From Eledone cirrhosa (lineage: Eukaryota), in the NCBI GenBank assembly GCA_964016885.1, contig OZ024759.1, positions 10,602,001-10,666,000 on the forward strand: a DNA stretch of 64,000 nucleotides, read 5' to 3'. Every line of letters starts with the position of its first letter. Positions within the stretch are counted from its first letter, which is position 1. Of this stretch, positions 1-12,929 are shown in pieces. The notes beneath the pieces were generated by a model. It was not told where the DNA came from. It was given only the letters and a program-made list of their open reading frames with translations, and did not search any database. The position numbers were made by a program, and so were the translations under genes.

Positions 1-302
1 TGGTCCTTTTCTTGACCGATTAGTCAATAGACAGAGATGTAGAGATGTTCACGGCTCATACTTTGACTAATCAAAACATTTCTCTTGTTAATTTTTCCAG
101 AATAAAATTATGTTTCTGAAATCGGCCATTATTTTCGGAGCAACCTATTATACTCAGTAATTATTTAAACTCAGAACATACAACTAAATGCATTTGACAT
201 TCTACTGACCCATGCATGTGTCAACAATGTTTTTTTTTAATTTCATACAAATGACACAAATAAGACCACCACAAATCACTGCAATATGGCGGGACATGTA
301 AA

Positions 303-642
303 GGGGTGCATGGCTTAGTGGTTAGAGCATCTGGCTTACAATCGGGAGGTTGTGAATTCGATTCTCAGACCAGGTTTTGTGTTGTGTTCTTGAGCAAGAC
401 ACTTTATTTCATGTTGGTCCAGTTTACTCAGCTGTAGAAATGAGTTGCAATGTCACTGGTGCCAAGCTGTATCGGCCATAGCCTTTCCCTTGGACAACAT
501 CAGTGGCGTGGAAATGAGGAGGCTGGTATACATGGGCGACTGCTGGTCTTCCACAAACAACCTTGCCTGGACTTGTACCTCGCGGGGAACTTTCTAGATG
601 CAAATCCCATGGTCATTTGTGACTAAAGGGAGACTTTTTTTT
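303..642 (+). mobile_element. tRNA-headed CORE-type SINE (family A, alternative tail)
   Basis: A-box-like TGGCTTAGTGG and B-box-like GAATTCGATTCTC, then CORE-like TTGAGCAAGACACTTT. The head matches copies at 698, 35453 and others, but the tail differs. Confidence 0.75.
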
Positions 643-697
643 AAATGAGGAGACATAGTAACAAACTAAATATATCTTAACCCTTTCCCTACCATAT

Positions 698-1041
698 GGA
701 GGCACATGGCTTAGTGGTTAAAGCATCGGCCTTGCAATCGAAAGGTTGTGATTTCAATTCTCAGACCAGGTGATGTGTTGTTTCCTTGAGCAAGACACTT
801 TATTTCACATTGCTCCAGTTTACTCAGCTGTAGAAATGAGATGATAGGGACTGGGGTCCCTATCATTCCACTGCAAAGTGGTCATGGAGGTACCACGGCA
901 AACAAGCACCCAGCACACACTGTAAATGAGGTTGGTGTTAGGAAGGGCATCCAGCTGTAGAAATCAAGCCAGTATCAGTTCCCGTCCCACCCTTGCAAGC
1001 AGGGAAAAGTGGACGTATAATGAAATGATGATGATGATGAT
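698..1041 (+). mobile_element. tRNA-headed CORE-type SINE (family A) with RTE-derived 3' tail
   Basis: GGAGGCACATGGCTTAGTGG head, CORE-like box, and tail CCCACCCTTGCAAGCAGGGAAAAG..GGACG-(ATG)n shared with the RTE LINE end at 6910-6960. Confidence 0.85.
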
Positions 1042-1274
1042 TTATAATGAAAAATATTTGAGGATAATCAAGAATTTAGAAGGTTTTAGTAATATAACTA
1101 AATTTCACATTATTTGGCTGGTGTTTGGAACATAACTTAAAGGTTCTTACAGAAAATAATGATGGAAGGTTTTTTTTTTTAGATAAATACAAACACTTTG
1201 AAACAAACAGATTTATATCATAGAAACAGGGGTGTTTAGAACACAACTTAAAGGTTCTACATAAATATATAATT

Positions 1275-1460
1275 GATTCTACTTTTGGCACAAGGCCAGC
1301 AATTACCCAGTGCATTACTGGTACTTTATTTTATCGACCCCGTAAGGATTAAAGGCAAAGTTAACCTCGGCGAGATTAGAACAGAGAATGGCAAGGGCCA
1401 TAACTCTATGCGTCAAAGCATGGTGTCTGACCCTCTACCGATACTGCCAATCCACCGCCC
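1275..1460 (-). mobile_element. SINE family B (Nin/Deu-domain-like)
   Basis: Reverse complement of GGCGGTGGATTGGCAG...GAGGTTAACTTTGCCTT..ATCCTTACGGGGTCGATAAAATAAAGTACCAG. About 20 copies occur in the window. Confidence 0.8.
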
Positions 1461-1841
1461 TCTACATAAATATATAATGGAAGGTTTTTAGATAAATATA
1501 AACACTTTTGTATCATAGAACCAGAGGTAGTGGGATATGGGCAGGGTACTGTGGAACATGGGTACTGCCAGTGTACAATATGTGGGTATGGGTAGCATGT
1601 GGATAGGATATATGTATGATATTGGTTCAGTATGTGGGTGATATGTGGGCATATGTGTGCGTGATATTGGTAGAGTAAGTGGGTATATATGTATGATATT
1701 GATACAGTATGAGGCTATATGTGGGTGATATTCATACAGTATGTGGGTATATGAGGGTATATGCGGGTATCATTACAAGAGCTTGGCTAGATGTGGTTCG
1801 TATGAACACATTGCTGTCCTTTCTCATTAATCTCTGCCAAA

Positions 1842-2345
1842 TCCAATGCAGTGCAGGGGTGTCCAGCGGAGGTTTTCCAGCGGGGTTGTTCCAGTGCTGT
1901 ACAGGGGTGTCCAGCGGAGGTGTTCCAGCAGGGTTGTTCCAATGTTGTGCAGGGGGTGTCTAGCGGAGGTGTTCCAGCGGGTTGTGTTCCAGCAGGGTTG
2001 TTGCAATGCTGTGCAGGGGTGTCCAGCGGAGGTGTTCCAACAGGGTTGTTCTAATGCTGTGCAGGGGTGTCCAGCGGAGGTGTTCCAGCAGGGTTGTTCC
2101 AATGTTGTGCAGGGGTGTCCAGCGGAGGTGTTCCAATGCTGTGCAGAGGTGTCCAGCAGAGGTTTTCCAACAGGGTTGTTCCAATGCTGTGCAGGGGTGT
2201 CTAGCGGAGGTGTTCCAACAGGGTTGTTCCAATGATGTGCAGGGCTCTCCAGCTAGGGTGTTTCAGCAGAGTTGTTCCAACAAAGGTTGATCCAACCGGG
2301 GTGTTCCAATGCTGTGCAGGGGTGTTCAGCAGGAGTGTTCCAACG
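1842..2345. repeat. ~48-bp GC-rich minisatellite
   Basis: Tandem CCAATGCTGTGCAGGGGTGTCCAGCGGAGGTGTTCCAGCAGGGTTGTT variants, ending in a poly-G run. Confidence 0.85.
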
Positions 2346-2559
2346 GGGGGGGGGGGGGGGATATCAGGAGGTGCTACGTAGTCTGTTGTTCAATGTCACA
2401 CAACGTCCCCATCCTTTAAATATCCCCATGTGACGGGAGTGACTTTTGTATGACCACTAAGTATGATATTGGTACATATGGAGGAGGAGGGTGATATTGG
2501 TATATATGGAGGAGGTGGGAGGGGGGGATATTGGTATAATATCTGTATGATACATGGGC

Positions 2560-4665
2560 AGTATGTTGTGGTGGTGTCTAGTATGTGGTGGTGGTGTCTA
2601 GTATGTGGTGGTGGTGTCGAGTATGTGGTGGTGGTGTCTAGTATGTGGTGGTGGTGTCTAGTGTGTGGTGGTGGTGTCAAGTATGTGGTGGTGTCTAGTA
2701 TGTGGTGGTGGTGTCTAGTATGTGGTGGTGTCTAGTATGTGGTGGTGGTGTCTAGTATGTGGTGGTGGTGTCTAGTATGTGGTGGTGGTGTCTAGTATGT
2801 GGTGGTGGTGTCTAGTGTGTGGTGGTGGTGTCTAGTATGTGGTGGTGGTGTCTAGTATGTGGTGGTGGTGTCTAGTATGTGGTGGTGGTGTCTAGTATGT
2901 GGTGGTGGTGTCTAGTATGTGGTGGTGGTGTCTAGTGTGTGGTGGTGGTGTCTAGTATGTGGTGGTGTCTAGTATGTGGTGGTGGTGTCTAGTATGTGGT
3001 GGTGGTGTCTAGTGTGTGGTGGTGGTGTCTAGTATGTGGTGGTGTCTAGTATGTGGTGGTGTCTAGTATGTGGTGGTGGTGTCTAGTATGTGGTGGTGGT
3101 GTCTAGTATGTGGTGGTGGTGTCTAGTATGTGGTGGTGGTGTCTAGTATGTGGTGGTGGTGTCTAGTATGTGGTGGTGGTGTCTAGTGTGTGGTGGTGGT
3201 GTCTAGTATGTGGTGGTGGTGTCTAGTATGTGGTGGTGGTGTCTAGTATGTGGTGGTGGTGTCTAGTATGTGGTGGTGGTGTCTAGTGTGTGGTGGTGGT
3301 GTCTAGTATGTGGTGGTGGTGTCTAGTATGTGGTGGTGGTGTCTAGTATGTGGTGGTGGTGTCTAGTATGTGGTGGTGGTGTCTAGTATGTGGTGGTGGT
3401 GTCTAGTATGTGGTGGTGGTGTCTAGTATGTGGTGGTAGTGTCTAGTATGTGGTGGTGGTGGTGTCTAGTATGTGGTGGTGGTGTCTAGTATGTGGTGGT
3501 AGTGTCTAGTATGTGGTGGTGGTGTCTAGTATGTGGTGGTGGTGTCGAGTATGTGGTGGTGGTGTCGAGTATGTGGTGGTGGTGTCTAGTATGTGGTGGT
3601 GGTGTCTAGTATGTGGTGGTGGTGTCCAGTATGTGGTGGTAGTGTCTAGTATGTGGTGGTGTCTAGTATGTGGTGGTGGTGTCTAGTATGTGGTGGTGGT
3701 GTCTAGTATGTGGTGGTGGTGTCTAGTATGTGGTGGTAGTGTCTAGTGTGTGGTGGTGGTGTCGAGTATGTGGTGGTGGTGTCTAGTATGTGGTGGTGGT
3801 GTCGAGTATGTGGTGGTGGTGTCTAGTATGTGGTGGTGGTGTCTAGTATGTGGTGGTGGTGTCTAGTGTGTGGTGGTGGTGTCTAGTATGTGGTGGTGGT
3901 GTCTAGTATGTGGTGGTGGTGTCTAGTATGTGGTGGTAGTGTCTAGTGTGTGGTGGTGGTGTCGAGTATGTGGTGGTGGTGTCTAGTATGTGGTGGTGGT
4001 GTCGAGTATGTGGTGGTGGTGTCTAGTATGTGGTGGTGGTGTCTAGTATGTGGTGGTGGTGTCTAGTGTGTGGTGGTGGTGTCTAGTATGTGGTGGTGGT
4101 GTCTAGTATGTGGTGGTGGTGTCTAGTATGTGGTGGTAGTGTCTAGTGTGTGGTGGTAGTGTCTAGTGTGTGGTGGTGGTGTCGAGTATGTGGTGGTGGT
4201 GTCTAGTATGTGGTGGTGGTGTCTAGTATGTGGTGGTAGTGTCTAGTATGTGGTGGTGGTGTCTAGTATGTGGTGGTGGTGTCTAGTATGTGGTGGTGGT
4301 GTCTAGTGTGTGGTGGTGGTGTCTAGTATGTGGTGGTGGTGTCTAGTATGTGGTGGTGGTGTCTAGTATGTGGTGGTAGTGTCTAGTATGTGGTGGTGGT
4401 GTCGAGTATGTGGTGGTGGTGTCTAGTATGTGGTGGTGGTGTCGAGTATGTGGTGGTGGTGTCTAGTATGTGGTGGTGGTGTCGAGTATGTGGTGGTGGT
4501 GTCTAGTATGTGGTGGTGGTGTCTAGTATGTGGTGGTGGTGTCTAGTATGTGGTGGTGGTGTCTAGTATGTGGTGGTGGTGTCTAGTATGTGGTGGTGGT
4601 GTCTAGTATGTGGTGGTGTCTAGTATGTGGTGGTAGTGTCTAGTATGTGGTGGTGGTGGTGTCTG
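2560..4665. repeat. 20-bp minisatellite (GTCTAGTATGTGGTGGTGGT)n
   Basis: About 100 near-identical units read directly. Confidence 0.97.
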
Positions 4666-4694
4666 GTCACCATATCTCCATTTAGTCATGTGAC

Positions 4695-5015
4695 GCACTA
4701 ACACATACACACATATATATACACACTAACACACACACATATACACACTAACACATATACACTAAAGTACACACACTAAAACACACTAACATATGCACAC
4801 TAACACACACACACACATATATACACACATACTAATATACACATACACACACTAACACACACATATACACACATACATACTAACACACAAATGCACACTA
4901 ACACATATACACACATATACACTAACATACACACACTAAAACACACATACTAACATACACACACTAACACACACATACTAACATACACACACTAACACAC
5001 ACACTAACATATACA
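4695..5015. repeat. degenerate (CA)n/ACTAAC low-complexity tract
   Basis: Direct inspection. Confidence 0.85.
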
Positions 5016-5159
5016 GACAGAGCAACAAACAACTCAGCCTAGCCCTACATGAGGAACCCATTCAGGCCTAAAAAAGTGCATAAATAATTCACATAACCGG
5101 GCAGTGAAGTCACAACTGTAAATATACCGTATATATACTGTATATATATATATATATAT

Positions 5160-5325
5160 ATAGGAACATGTGAGACCCCGACGGCTGAGCTCAAGCCTTT
5201 TCGACGGCTAATTCTGGACTAACACACACACACATGTGTGTTAGTGAGTTTGTGTGTGTGTGTTAGTCCAGAATTAGCCGTCGAAACGGCTTGAGCTCAG
5301 CCGTCGGGGTCTCACTTGTTCCTAT
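5160..5325. mobile_element. Fold-back element carrying the 3' half of a hammerhead motif (family also at 47830-48010 and 44048-44086)
   Basis: Inverted arms about 5160-5234 and 5251-5325. The right arm reads GAAA-CGGCT-TGAGCTC-AGCCG-TC-GGGGT (stem III plus GUC). (TA)n flanks. Confidence 0.65.
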
Positions 5326-5469
5326 TACCCACTCTACTACCCTAAGTATTGAGTACATTGGTGTGTTATGGTCCACCTGGTGACTTACCACATTTCCTTT
5401 GTTATATATATATATGCAGAGGTTATATTTAATTTGTTTGGATCAAAGACTGGTGCAGCAGTATTCTCA

Positions 5470-6961
5470 TAAATTGCTACAAAGGTAAAGGGTATGCTCT
5501 GGAGAGGAGCAATTATAGGGGTATAAAACTGATGGATCAGGTTATGAAAGTGGCAGAACGGATATTAGCACAACTAATTAGAGAAAGGGTCAAACTAGAT
5601 GAGATGCAGTTTGGTTTTGTGCTTGGGAAGAGTACAACAGATGCCCTCTTCTTGGTGAGACAATTGCAAGAGAGGTTCTTAGAGAAAAATAAGCCACTAT
5701 ACTTAGCCTTTGTTGACCAAGAGAGGGCCTTTGATAGGGTACCCCAATCTGTCATCTGGTGGTCCCTAAGGAAACTAGGTGTTGAGGAATGGCTTGTGAG
5801 AACAGTGCAAACTTTGTACAGAGGTACTGTCAGTAAAGTCAGGGTAGAAATGGAGTTTAGTGAGGAATTCCAGATACAAGTAGGAGTTCATCAAAGTTCG
5901 GTCCTTAGCCCGCTCTTGTTCATTATAGTCCTCCAAGCCATAACAGAGGAGTTTAAGACTGGCTGTCCATGGGAACTTTGCTATGCTGACGATCTGGTTC
6001 TTATAGCAGAATCAGTAGAGGAGCTAGAGAATAAATTCTGGCTATGGAAACAGCAGTTGGAATCAAGAGGACTGAGAGTGAACCTAGCTAAGACAAAAGT
6101 GTTAATGAGTAGAAAAGAGGACAAAACTCTGATTCCGTCAGGGAAATGGCCATGTTCGATATGCAGAAAAGGAACTGGCATAAATTCTATAAAATGTACA
6201 CAATGCAGATATTGGGTACACAAGGATAGCAGGCAAACTAACAGGTAGGGAGAAATATGTATGCAGTAGATGTACAGGGAAATTAGACAGTAGAAGTCGC
6301 ATTGATAGACACATTTTTCAAATGCAGGAGGGTGCTATAGAAGTGGTGGATAGCTTCCGGTACCTAGGAGATCAGATTGGCATGGGAGGAGGGTGTTCCG
6401 AGGCCATAGTATCTAGAATAAGGATGGGTTGGAAGAAGTTTAGGGAGCTGCTTCCTCTGCTGACGAAGAAGGGTTTCTCCCTGCGTACGAAAAGCCGGTT
6501 ATATGATGCCTGTGTGAGGAGCGCGATGCTGCATGGTAGTGAGACATGGGCAGCAACTGCAGAGGATATGCGACAGCTGGAGAGAAATGAAACAAGTATG
6601 CTCCGTTGGATGTGCAGTGTCAATGTCAACGAACCAGCATGGATGTGTTGAGAGAGAAATTGTGTCTGAGAGGGATAGAATGTAGTGTGCAGGAGAGGAG
6701 ACTGCCGAGGTATGGACATGTGATGCGCATGGAGGATGACCGATGGGTGAAGAAGTGCCAGGAAATGCCAGTTGAAGGAAGACGTGGTAGAAGTAGACCA
6801 CGAAAAACATGGGCGGAGGTGGTGAGAACAGACCTCAGATCACTGAAGCACACAGTGAAGATGACGAAGGACCGTGACAAGTGGAGAGATGCTGTGCTGA
6901 ATAAGACCCGTCCCACCCTTCCAGGCAGGGAAAAGCGGACGTAAAATGATGATGATGATGA
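5470..6961 (+). mobile_element. 5'-truncated RTE-clade LINE with disrupted reverse transcriptase ORF
   Basis: YRGIKL, QFGF, AFVD.ERAFDRV, GVHQ.SVLSPLLF, LCYADD, Cys-rich [43 protein letters not shown]. Frameshifted, with an (ATG)n tail. Confidence 0.95.
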
Positions 6962-7269
6962 TATACTGTATATATTTATATATAAAACTATATATACATA
7001 TATGGGTGGAAGGATGGGTCTAAAGAGAATGAAAGAGAGAGAAAGAAGTGAAAGAGAATAAAAGAAGAATAAAAGAGAAAGAAAGAATGAGAGAGAGAGA
7101 GAAATGAAAGAGAGAAGAAGGAAAAAAGTGATCTAAAGATGTGAGGTGTTGAACCTTGGTAAATTCTGACAGTCAACAGAACAGACTGCTCAGAAAACCC
7201 CTTTTAATATGAATGTTGAAGTTGTGAGCTCCATGGATGAGGGTGATGTGTTATGTCCTTCAGCAAGAC

Positions 7270-8521
7270 ACTTTGAAGCTCCAAAGTCTGGCAACTGACT
7301 TGGTAAAGACCCACAAAATTATTAACGATCTTGCCAATAACAACCCTGAGCACCTTTTTGATTTCCATGTGTCTAACACACGTGGACATGACCACAAAGT
7401 CAGAAAACAGCTCCCATGACTTTCGGAAACATTTATTCACGCTCAGAGTTGCTGAAGCATGGAACAAACTCCCTGCATCAGTTGTTAGCTGTCGAGACAC
7501 TGCATCCTTTTAAACCTCCATCAGTTATTAGCTGTCGAGACACTGCATCTTTAAAACCTCCATGGAACAAACTACCACATCAGTTGTTAGCTGTCGAGAC
7601 ACTGCATCTTTAAAACCTCCATGGAACAAACTACCACATCAGTTGTTAGCTGCCGAGACACTGCACCCTTTAAAACCTCCATGGAACAAACTACCTGCAT
7701 CAGTTGTTAGCTGTCGAGACACTGCATCTTTAAAACCTCCATGGAACAAACTACCAGCATCAGTTGTTAGCTGTCGAGACACTGCATCCTTTAAAACCTC
7801 CATGGAATAAACTCCCTGCATCAGTTGTTAGCTGTCGAGACACTGCATCTTTAAAACCTCCATGGAACAAACTACCAGCATCAGTTGTTAGCTGTGGAGA
7901 CACTACATCCTTTAAAATCTCCATGGAACAAACTACCTGCATCAGTTGTTAGCTGTCGAGACACTGCATCCTTTAAAACCTCCATGGAACAAACTACCTG
8001 CATCAGTTGTTAGCTGTCGAGACACTGCATCCTTTAAAACCTCCATGGAACAAACTACCTGCATCAGTTGTTAGCTGTCGAGACACTGCATCCTTTAAAA
8101 CCTCCATGGAACAAACTACCTGCATCAGTTGTTAGCTGTCGAGACACTGCATCCTTTAAAACCTCCATGGAACAAACTACCTGCATCAGTTGTTAGCTGT
8201 CGAGACACTGCATCCTTTAAAACCTCCATGGAACAAACTACCTGCATCAGTTGTTAGCTGTCGAGACACTGCATCCTTTAAAACCTCCATGGAACAAGCT
8301 ACCACATCAGTTGTTAGCCGTCGAGACACTGCATCCTTTAAAACTACCATGCTTCCTGAAATTCGCCAACACAACACCTGATGTCCCCTCTCCCTCCATA
8401 CACATGCTCACAAGTATTTCATGACTCGTACACTGTACATTATTCTATGTACTATACATGCACCTTTGATGAGTTGTAGTGCACCTGAGCACTGTACACA
8501 ATAATTTCATTATTATTATTA
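7270..8521 (+). mobile_element. 3' end of a CR1/L2-like LINE with an internal tandem expansion
   Basis: DLVKTHKIIN...TRGHDHK...FTLRVAEAWNKLPASVV...FK C-terminal signature and (ATT)n tail. An unexpanded relative lies at 62585-62850. Confidence 0.8.
7457..8345. repeat. ~61-bp minisatellite derived from the CR1-like LINE C-terminus
   Basis: About 14 copies of CCATGGAACAAACTACCTGCATCAGTTGTTAGCTGTCGAGACACTGCATCCTTTAAAACCT. Confidence 0.95.
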
Positions 8522-8889
8522 TTTATTTCACGTTGCCCTTTCTTCAAAATACATATCAAAATCTCATAGATTCAATATTATGTGAGATAAAGACTTTACC
8601 ATGAAAATACAATAGTATATATAGAGTAATGTAAATGTATGTGTGTGTGTGTTTGTATAAATTATATTTATATATAATATTTGTGTGGGTGTATATGTGT
8701 TAGTATGTCTTTATTTAGAAAGATACATAGACAATAGAATTACAAACACACACATCTACACATACATATATATAAACAGACACACTTAGAAAAATAATTA
8801 TTACATACACACACATCTATGTGATGACTGAGGAAGGTTGGGAGGGGGTTTAAGAAACTATAGAGGTCCAGTGTTGTAAGACTCGTCAC

Positions 8890-9255
8890 AGCTGTGTGTG
8901 TGTATGTGTGTAACGAATTGGCTACACACATTGGCTGTGTTTGTATGCGTGTAACGAATTGGCTACGCACATTGACTGTGTGTCTATATGTGTATAACGA
9001 ATTGGCTACACACATTGGTTGTGTGTTTGTATGTGTATAACGAATTGGCTACACACATTGGCTGTGTGTTTGTATGTGTGTAACGAATTGGCTACACACA
9101 TTGGCTGTGTGTTTGTATGTGTGTAACGAATTGGCTACACACATTGGCTGTGTGTTTGTATGTGTGTAACGAATTGGCTACACACATTGGCTGTGTGTTT
9201 GTATGTGTATAACGAATTGGCTACACACATTGGCTGTGTGTTTGTATGTGTGTAT
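8890..9255. repeat. 42-bp minisatellite
   Basis: Tandem TAACGAATTGGCTACACACATTGGCTGTGTGTTTGTATGTGTG. Confidence 0.92.
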
Positions 9256-9279
9256 CACTTGTGTGATTGAATGCAAAGG

Positions 9280-9863
9280 AACCAACCAACAAACATCTCT
9301 TTTTTATATTATGTATAGATATTACAATTAGCTGTCACGGGGGCCAGCTAGTTATTAATAATAATAGTTTATGAACCACACAGGGCTGACATTAAGCAAA
9401 CAATTTCAGGGAGGGGAAAGTAGACCACATCAACTCCAGTGTGTCTTCTTCTCCCCTACATATTTTTCAGAGGGTTCACACAGATTAGATAGAGTACCCC
9501 CCAGGGTTTAAAACATACAGAAAACAGCACCACTAACTATTGTACTGTACACATATGAAGGTTACTCTCAATACAATAGAAATACCATCCAAAACCACAC
9601 TGCACATACCCAAGGTACATAGAGCTGTGTTCAGTGGTGCATTGATGACATGCAATAATGATTTCTACTTTAGACACGGGGCCACCAATTTTGGGGGAGG
9701 GGGAAAATTGATTAAATCAACCCTAGTACATTACTGGTACTTTATTTTATTGACCCCGTAAGGATGAAAGGCAAAGTTAACCTCGGCGGGATTTGAACTG
9801 GGAAGGTAAAGGGATGTAACTATATACCACGAAGCATGTTGTTTGACGCTCTACTGATTCTGC
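9280..9863. repeat. ~580-bp segment duplicated in inverted orientation at 32312-32894
   Basis: Near-identical reverse complement. The ORF track shows twin peptides MYCTH.KVTLNTIEIPSK at 9540(+) and 32634(-). Confidence 0.92.
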
Positions 9864-10445
9864 TAATCCACCACTCTTTGCGTGTGTTAATAATAATAAT
9901 AATTGTTTCTACTTTTGGCACAAGGCCAGCAAATACCCCAGTGCATTACTGGTACTTTATTTTATCGACCCCGTAAGGATGAAAGGCAAAGTTGACCTCG
10001 GCGGGATTTGAACTCAGAATGGCAAGGGCCGTAACTCTATGCGCCAAAGCATGGCGTCCGTCCCTCTACCGATACTGCCAATCCACCAATAATAATTGTT
10101 TCTACTTTAGGCACAAGGCCAGCAATTACCTCAGTACATTACTGGTACTTTATTTTTATCGACCCCGTAAGGATGGAAGGCAAAGCTAAACTCGCCGGGA
10201 TTTGAACTGAGAAGGTAAAGGGATGTAACTCTGTGCCATAAAGCATGTAATAATAATTGTTTCTACTTTTGGCACAAGGCCAGCTATTACCCCAGTGCAT
10301 TACTGGTACTTTATTTTATCGACCCCGTAAGGATGAAAGGCAAAGTTAACCTCGGCGGGATTTGAACTCAGAATGGCAAGGGCCGTAACTCTATGCTAGA
10401 AAGCATGGCGTCCAACCCTCTACCGATACTGCCAATCCACCCCCC
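9660..10445 (-). mobile_element. Cluster of four tandem family B SINE copies
   Basis: Repeated TACTGGTACTTTATTTTATCGACCCCGTAAGGATGAAAGGCAAAG. Confidence 0.85.
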
Positions 10446-10574
10446 ACCCCACCCCCCAATAATAATGTGATGGAATAAATGATGTTTTAGTGAGAGTAAA
10501 TAAACAAGAGTCAGTCACCTCCTGCATGTGTCAGTGTGATGTCTTAAATATTCCAGCAGCTTCCTTCTATAGTG

Positions 10575-11250
10575 GGATGGAGAGGGAGAGAGGGGGAAGG
10601 GGGAAGGGGCGAGGGAGATGGCGAGAGAGAGAAAGGAGGAGAGAAAGACAGTTAAAGAGAAGAAGGGTGAGAGAGATGGAGGGTGAGAGAGATGGAGACA
10701 AAGAGAAAGGAGAGAGAGACAGTTAAAGAGAGGAAGGGTGAGAGAGATGGAGACAAAGAGAAATGAGGAGAGAGAGACAGTTAAAGAGAGGAAGGGTGAG
10801 AGAGATGGTGGGTGAGAGAGATGGAGAGTGAGAGAGATGGAGGGTGAGAGAGATGGAGACAAAGAGAAAGGAGGAGAGAGAGACAATTAAAGAGAGGAAG
10901 GGTGAGAGAGATGGAGACAAAGAGAAAGGAGGAGAGAGAGACAGTTAAAGAGAGGAAGGGGGAGAGAGATGGTGGGTGAGAGAGATGGAGACAAAGAGAA
11001 AGGAGGAGAGACGGGCAGTTAAAGAGAGGGAAAGTGACAGATAAATGGAGAGAGCGAGCGAGAGAGAGGAAAAGAGACAGAGAAAGGGTGAGAGAGAATG
11101 CGAGAGAGAGAGAAAGGGTGAGAGAGAAGGGGAGCGAGAAAGAGAGAGAGAAAGGGTGAGAGAGAAGGGGAGCGAGAAAGAGAGAGAGATAGCGAGAAAG
11201 AGAGAGAGAGTGAGAAAGAGACAGAGAGTGAGAAAGTGACAGAGAGGGGG
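10575..11250. repeat. GA-rich polypurine minisatellite and low-complexity tract
   Basis: Repeating GAGACAGTTAAAGAGAGGAAGGGTGAGAGAGATG. Confidence 0.9.
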
Positions 11251-11380
11251 GGATATAGAACTATTTAGTCAGCTTTAGTTGCTGCCAAAGTGGTGGTGCA
11301 CACAAAACAATGCAGAAGATTGCATAATAGAAGGCAGACATAACTGAGATAACAAGATAGCAATAACACAGACAGACAAT

Positions 11381-11383
<3 letters not shown>

Positions 11384-11466
<83 letters not shown>

Positions 11467-11655
11467 TAGAGAGAGAGAGATAGATATATACATGCACATA
11501 TATATATATATATACACACACACATACATACATATATAGAGATAGATAGATATATACATGCACATATATATATATATTTATATATATATACACACACACA
11601 CATATATATACACACACACATACATACATATATAGAGATAGATAGATATATACAT

Positions 11656-11708
<53 letters not shown>

Positions 11709-11743
11709 TACATACATATATAGAGATAGATAGATATATACAT

Positions 11744-11815
<72 letters not shown>

Positions 11816-11996
11816 GTATACACACATATATATACACATACATATACACATATATATACACATATATATACACATATATATACACATATACATATATATA
11901 TATATAAATAGATACGTACATATATATATATACATATGTACATACATACATATGTACATACATATATACATATGTACATACATACATATATATATA
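11384..11996. repeat. compound (TA)n/(CA)n/(TACA)n microsatellite
   Basis: Direct inspection. Confidence 0.95.
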
Positions 11997-12004
11997 GTAA
12001 TATA

Positions 12005-12685
12005 CGTGAACGGCAAAGCATAAATGAACTAAGTGAGAAATTAGGAATAAGAGGGATCAGATGCTGTTTACTCGAGAGAAGACTACGTTGGTATGGTCAC
12101 GTGATGCGCATGAAAGACGACAGCTGTATAAAAAAGTGCAGGGCGATCAAAATAGATGTAAGTTACGGAGTAGGCAGACACAGAAAAACCTGGGACGATC
12201 TGATAAATTCCGACCTCACACACTTACACCTCTCTAAGACAATGTCACTGGACTGAGATCTTTGGCACTCCGCAGTAATACAGAAGACCCGCCTTGCCTA
12301 TGTACATAGCGAAACCTACAGTCAGTAGGCACCTCTTAACCAAAATACCCCCCCCCCCCCCCGTCCCACTACCCCTACCCCCATCTACACCACCCCTTTC
12401 TCTGTAAAGTTATGTTGGTACCACAACATCCAGTCCTAAACAAATGAGGTCGTGTAGGTGTCACGACAAAAAACACACAGTCCACGCTGTAATGTGGCCG
12501 TGTAGGTAACACAGTAAAAACCTCCCAGTCCACACTGTAAACATGGTTGGTGTTAGGAAGGGCATCCAGCCGTAGAAAACCTGCCAGACAGTCCTATACG
12601 AGCAAGACAACTAATCTTGCCTAGAGTGGGAAAAGCCCATGCTAGCGTGGAAGATAGACATTAAACGACGATGATGATGATGATG

Positions 12686-12686
<1 letters not shown>
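12005..12686 (+). mobile_element. 3' end of a second RTE-clade LINE with long 3' UTR
   Basis: [11 protein letters not shown]...[12 protein letters not shown]...GRHRKTW and an (ATG)n tail. The UTR is repeated at 18693-19106. Confidence 0.85.
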
Positions 12687-12716
<30 letters not shown>

Positions 12717-12929
12717 CATACATATCTATATGTACATACATACATATCTATATACACATACATATATATATATATATGTGTACATATCCATATATATATA
12801 TGTACATAAATATATATATATATGTACATAAATATATATATATATGTACATAAATATATATATATGTACATAAATATATATATATATGTACATAAATATA
12901 TATATATATGTACATAAATATATATATAT

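Noticed and set aside
698-770. tRNA-like sequences
   Set aside because: These are SINE heads continuous with CORE-like and LINE-tail sequence, not standalone tRNA genes.
2560-4665. Telomere-like G-rich array
   Set aside because: The unit is a 20-mer with no TTAGGG, and it is internal.
10519-10566. Possible 48-nt minus-strand exon (RKLLEYLRHHTDTCR)
   Set aside because: The pyrimidine tract is supplied by a GA repeat, the donor GTGACT is weak, and there is no linking evidence.
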